Below are positions 61,882-64,000 of a stretch of 64,000 nucleotides of DNA, piece by piece. The notes beneath the pieces are model-generated. The model made no database searches, was not told the DNA's origin, and worked only from the letters and a program-made list of their open reading frames with translations. Origin of the DNA: Sulfurospirillaceae bacterium (lineage in GTDB: Bacteria; Campylobacterota; Campylobacteria; Campylobacterales; Sulfurospirillaceae); the NCBI GenBank assembly GCA_033723415.1, contig JAWVXD010000003.1, positions 224,001 through 288,000 on the forward strand. The letters are read 5' to 3'. The position numbers and the translations under genes were made by a program. Within the stretch, counting starts at the first letter, position 1, and each line of letters opens with the position of its first letter.

Positions 61882-63270
61882 ATGTCAAAATTATGGTCTG
61901 GAAGATTTACAAAAGGAGCAACAAAGCTTTTAGATAAATTTAATGCTTCACTTCCTTTTGACAAAAAATTATATAAAGAAGATATCAGAGGTTCAATCGC
62001 ACATGCGACTATGCTAGGGTATAAAAATATATTAAGCAACGATGAAGTACTAAAGATAACAGAAGGCTTGCAGGACATAGAAAAAGAGATAGAAGCAGAT
62101 AAATTTGTATTTGATATAAGTGATGAAGATATACATATGGCTATTGAAAAAAGACTTATTGAAATCATTGGGGATGTAGGAAAAAAATTACATACTGCCA
62201 GAAGTAGAAATGATCAGGTTGCACTTGATTTTAGAATGTTCGTCTTAAAAAGTAATTTAGGCGTTATTGATTTGCTTCAGACATTAATTAAAACGCTTGT
62301 TGATATTTCGAAAAAACACACAGACACTTTAATGCCGGGTATGACACATTTACAACATGCTCAACCTATAAACTTTGGTTTTCATATGTTGGCATATGCA
62401 AATATGTTTAAAAGAGATATACAAAGATTACAAAGTTCTTATGAAAGAAATAATATTTTGCCGCTAGGCTGCGCAGCACTTGCCGGAACACCTCATGACA
62501 TAGATAGAAAAAAAACTGCCGAACTTTTGGGCTTTAGCGGGATTAGTGCAAATTGTCTTGATACGGTCAGTGATCGAGATTTTGCATTGGAGATATTATT
62601 TAACATAGCTACTATCATGATACATATATCAAGACTTTCTGAAGAATTGATCTTGTGGTCAAGTTATGAGTTTAAATTCATTACTTTGAGTGATGAATAT
62701 AGCACAGGAAGCTCTATTATGCCTCAAAAGAAAAATCCTGATGTCCCGGAACTGCTTCGAGGCAAAACCGGCAGGGTTAATGGAAACTTGATATCTTTAT
62801 TGACAGTCTTAAAAGGTTTGCCGTTGGCTTACAATAAAGACATGCAAGAAGATAAAGAAGGAGTTTTTGACAGTGTCGAAACCGTTGCTCTCTCTTTAGA
62901 GATTTTAAATGAAGCCATGAAAACTATGACTATCAATGAAAAAGAGATGATGAAAGCTTGTTCCACTGGACATTTAAGTGCGACTGATCTGGCTGATTAT
63001 TTGGTGTCCAAATGTAATATACCTTTCCGTGAAGCACATTTTATAACCGGACATGCGGTAGCTCATGCCGAAAAACTAGGTAAAGATCTTAGTTTGCTTA
63101 GTATTGCAGAATTAAAAGAAGTTGATGACAGAATTAAAGAAGATGCTATAAAGTTTTTAGATTTAAAAAATTCTATGAATGCCAGGAATTCAGAAGGTGG
63201 AACCTCGGAAAAATCCACTATAAAGCAGATTGAAGAGTTTGAAGAGTGGTTTAAATCTTTTGGCAGTTAA
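61882..63270 (+). CDS. argH: Argininosuccinate lyase
   Basis: [44 protein letters not shown]. Confidence 0.98.
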   Translation: MSKLWSGRFTKGATKLLDKFNASLPFDKKLYKEDIRGSIAHATMLGYKNILSNDEVLKITEGLQDIEKEIEADKFVFDISDEDIHMAIEKRLIEIIGDVGKKLHTARSRNDQVALDFRMFVLKSNLGVIDLLQTLIKTLVDISKKHTDTLMPGMTHLQHAQPINFGFHMLAYANMFKRDIQRLQSSYERNNILPLGCAALAGTPHDIDRKKTAELLGFSGISANCLDTVSDRDFALEILFNIATIMIHISRLSEELILWSSYEFKFITLSDEYSTGSSIMPQKKNPDVPELLRGKTGRVNGNLISLLTVLKGLPLAYNKDMQEDKEGVFDSVETVALSLEILNEAMKTMTINEKEMMKACSTGHLSATDLADYLVSKCNIPFREAHFITGHAVAHAEKLGKDLSLLSIAELKEVDDRIKEDAIKFLDLKNSMNARNSEGGTSEKSTIKQIEEFEEWFKSFGS

Positions 63271-63287
63271 CTGCCAAAAGATTTAAA
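63250..63287. terminator. Perfect 38-bp palindrome spanning the argH and hit stop codons
   Basis: TTTAAATCTTTTGGCAGTTAACTGCCAAAAGATTTAAA. Confidence 0.7.
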
Positions 63288-63639
63288 AAAAGTTTTTAGA
63301 ATCACTGTCTGCCATATGTCCCCAAGCTAGCTTTGCTCCGCCTAAAAGGTGAAAATGCAAATGCATAACTTCTTGTCCACCGTTATCGCCGTTATTAGTG
63401 ATAAGTCTGTATCCGCTTTCATCAAGTCCTATAAACGATGCAACTTCTTGTATAAAAGTTGTCATTTTTGCCATAATTTCAGGTGTAACTTGCTGAAAAT
63501 TTTCAACTTCTACCTTTGGAATGATCAATATATGAATAGGTGCTTTTGGATTAATATCATGAAATGCTAAAAATTCATCATTTTCTAGAACTTTATTGCA
63601 CGGTATTTCGCCTTTAACAATCTTGCTAAATATAGTCAT
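63283..63639 (-). CDS. hinT: Histidine triad nucleotide-binding protein (HinT)
   Basis: FHDINPKAP, GGQEVMHLHFHLLGG. Confidence 0.95.
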   Translation of the reverse strand: MTIFSKIVKGEIPCNKVLENDEFLAFHDINPKAPIHILIIPKVEVENFQQVTPEIMAKMTTFIQEVASFIGLDESGYRLITNNGDNGGQEVMHLHFHLLGGAKLAWGHMADSDSKNFF

Positions 63640-63871
63640 TTGTTAGTATCTCCTTTCTTTTCGTTTAATTATTATTATACAGTTTTTTATATAAATTACC
63701 ACATAGTTGAAGTTAAATGATTAGCCATATTACTATATCAATTATTTATGCTTAACTCTTTTTAATGAATATTTTTATATAATATATACAATTTCTACGC
63801 TTATATGTGGAGTTACTATTTTAAGACTGGATATTTTTTGCTGACTTTATTTTGGCAAAAAGGAGAATTTA

Positions 63872-64000
63872 ATGGAAGATATAGAAAAGCAGATAAAATC
63901 TTGCAAGGATTTGAAAACTTTAGAATCCATCAGGATATCAATGCTTGGGAAAAAAGGTTATTTTGCAGAGCAATTTGCGAAGATGAAATCACTGCCGAAT
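63872..64000 (+). CDS. pheS: Phenylalanine--tRNA ligase alpha subunit, N-terminal fragment (runs off the window)
   Basis: AGGAG RBS; MEDIEKQIKSCKDLKTLESIRISMLGKKGYFAEQFAKMKSLPN with the LGKKG motif; divergent from hit. Confidence 0.88.
   Translation, partial: MEDIEKQIKSCKDLKTLESIRISMLGKKGYFAEQFAKMKSLPN

Overview
AT-rich chromosomal window from a Campylobacterota (Epsilonproteobacteria) organism, probably a free-living Sulfurospirillum/Sulfurimonas-like lineage. This is inferred from protein style and the pycB/oadA-pckA-argH and hit/pheS gene order. The first ~3.7 kb looks more GC-rich. It holds a 5'-truncated sensor GGDEF-EAL gene facing a porin plus small periplasmic-binding-like gene pair, and is bounded by a decayed IS3-family right end that the ORF track misses. 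A complete ectABCD-aspartokinase cluster follows, preceded by three palindromic TGTAA-N5-TT(A/G)CA boxes at an exact 22-bp period. The middle contains five more c-di-GMP enzymes, oxidoreductases, a DEAD-box helicase, an MCP, a modE-modA-TOBE-modB-modC operon with ModE-like boxes, a stand-alone YcaO, an NlpC/P60 lipoprotein and a zwf-pgl-edd-eda operon. The right part has a csp gene, a lipoate ligase-like gene, an NSS symporter, an unannotated 52-aa lipoprotein, a two-component system upstream of a TRAP transporter (with an OmpR-type direct repeat), an Fe-S/FAD D-lactate dehydrogenase, oadG-oadA/pycB-oadB-pckA-argH, hit and the start of pheS. I saw no rRNA, tRNA, CRISPR array or intact mobile element. 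All family calls come from motif recognition; no database searches were run.
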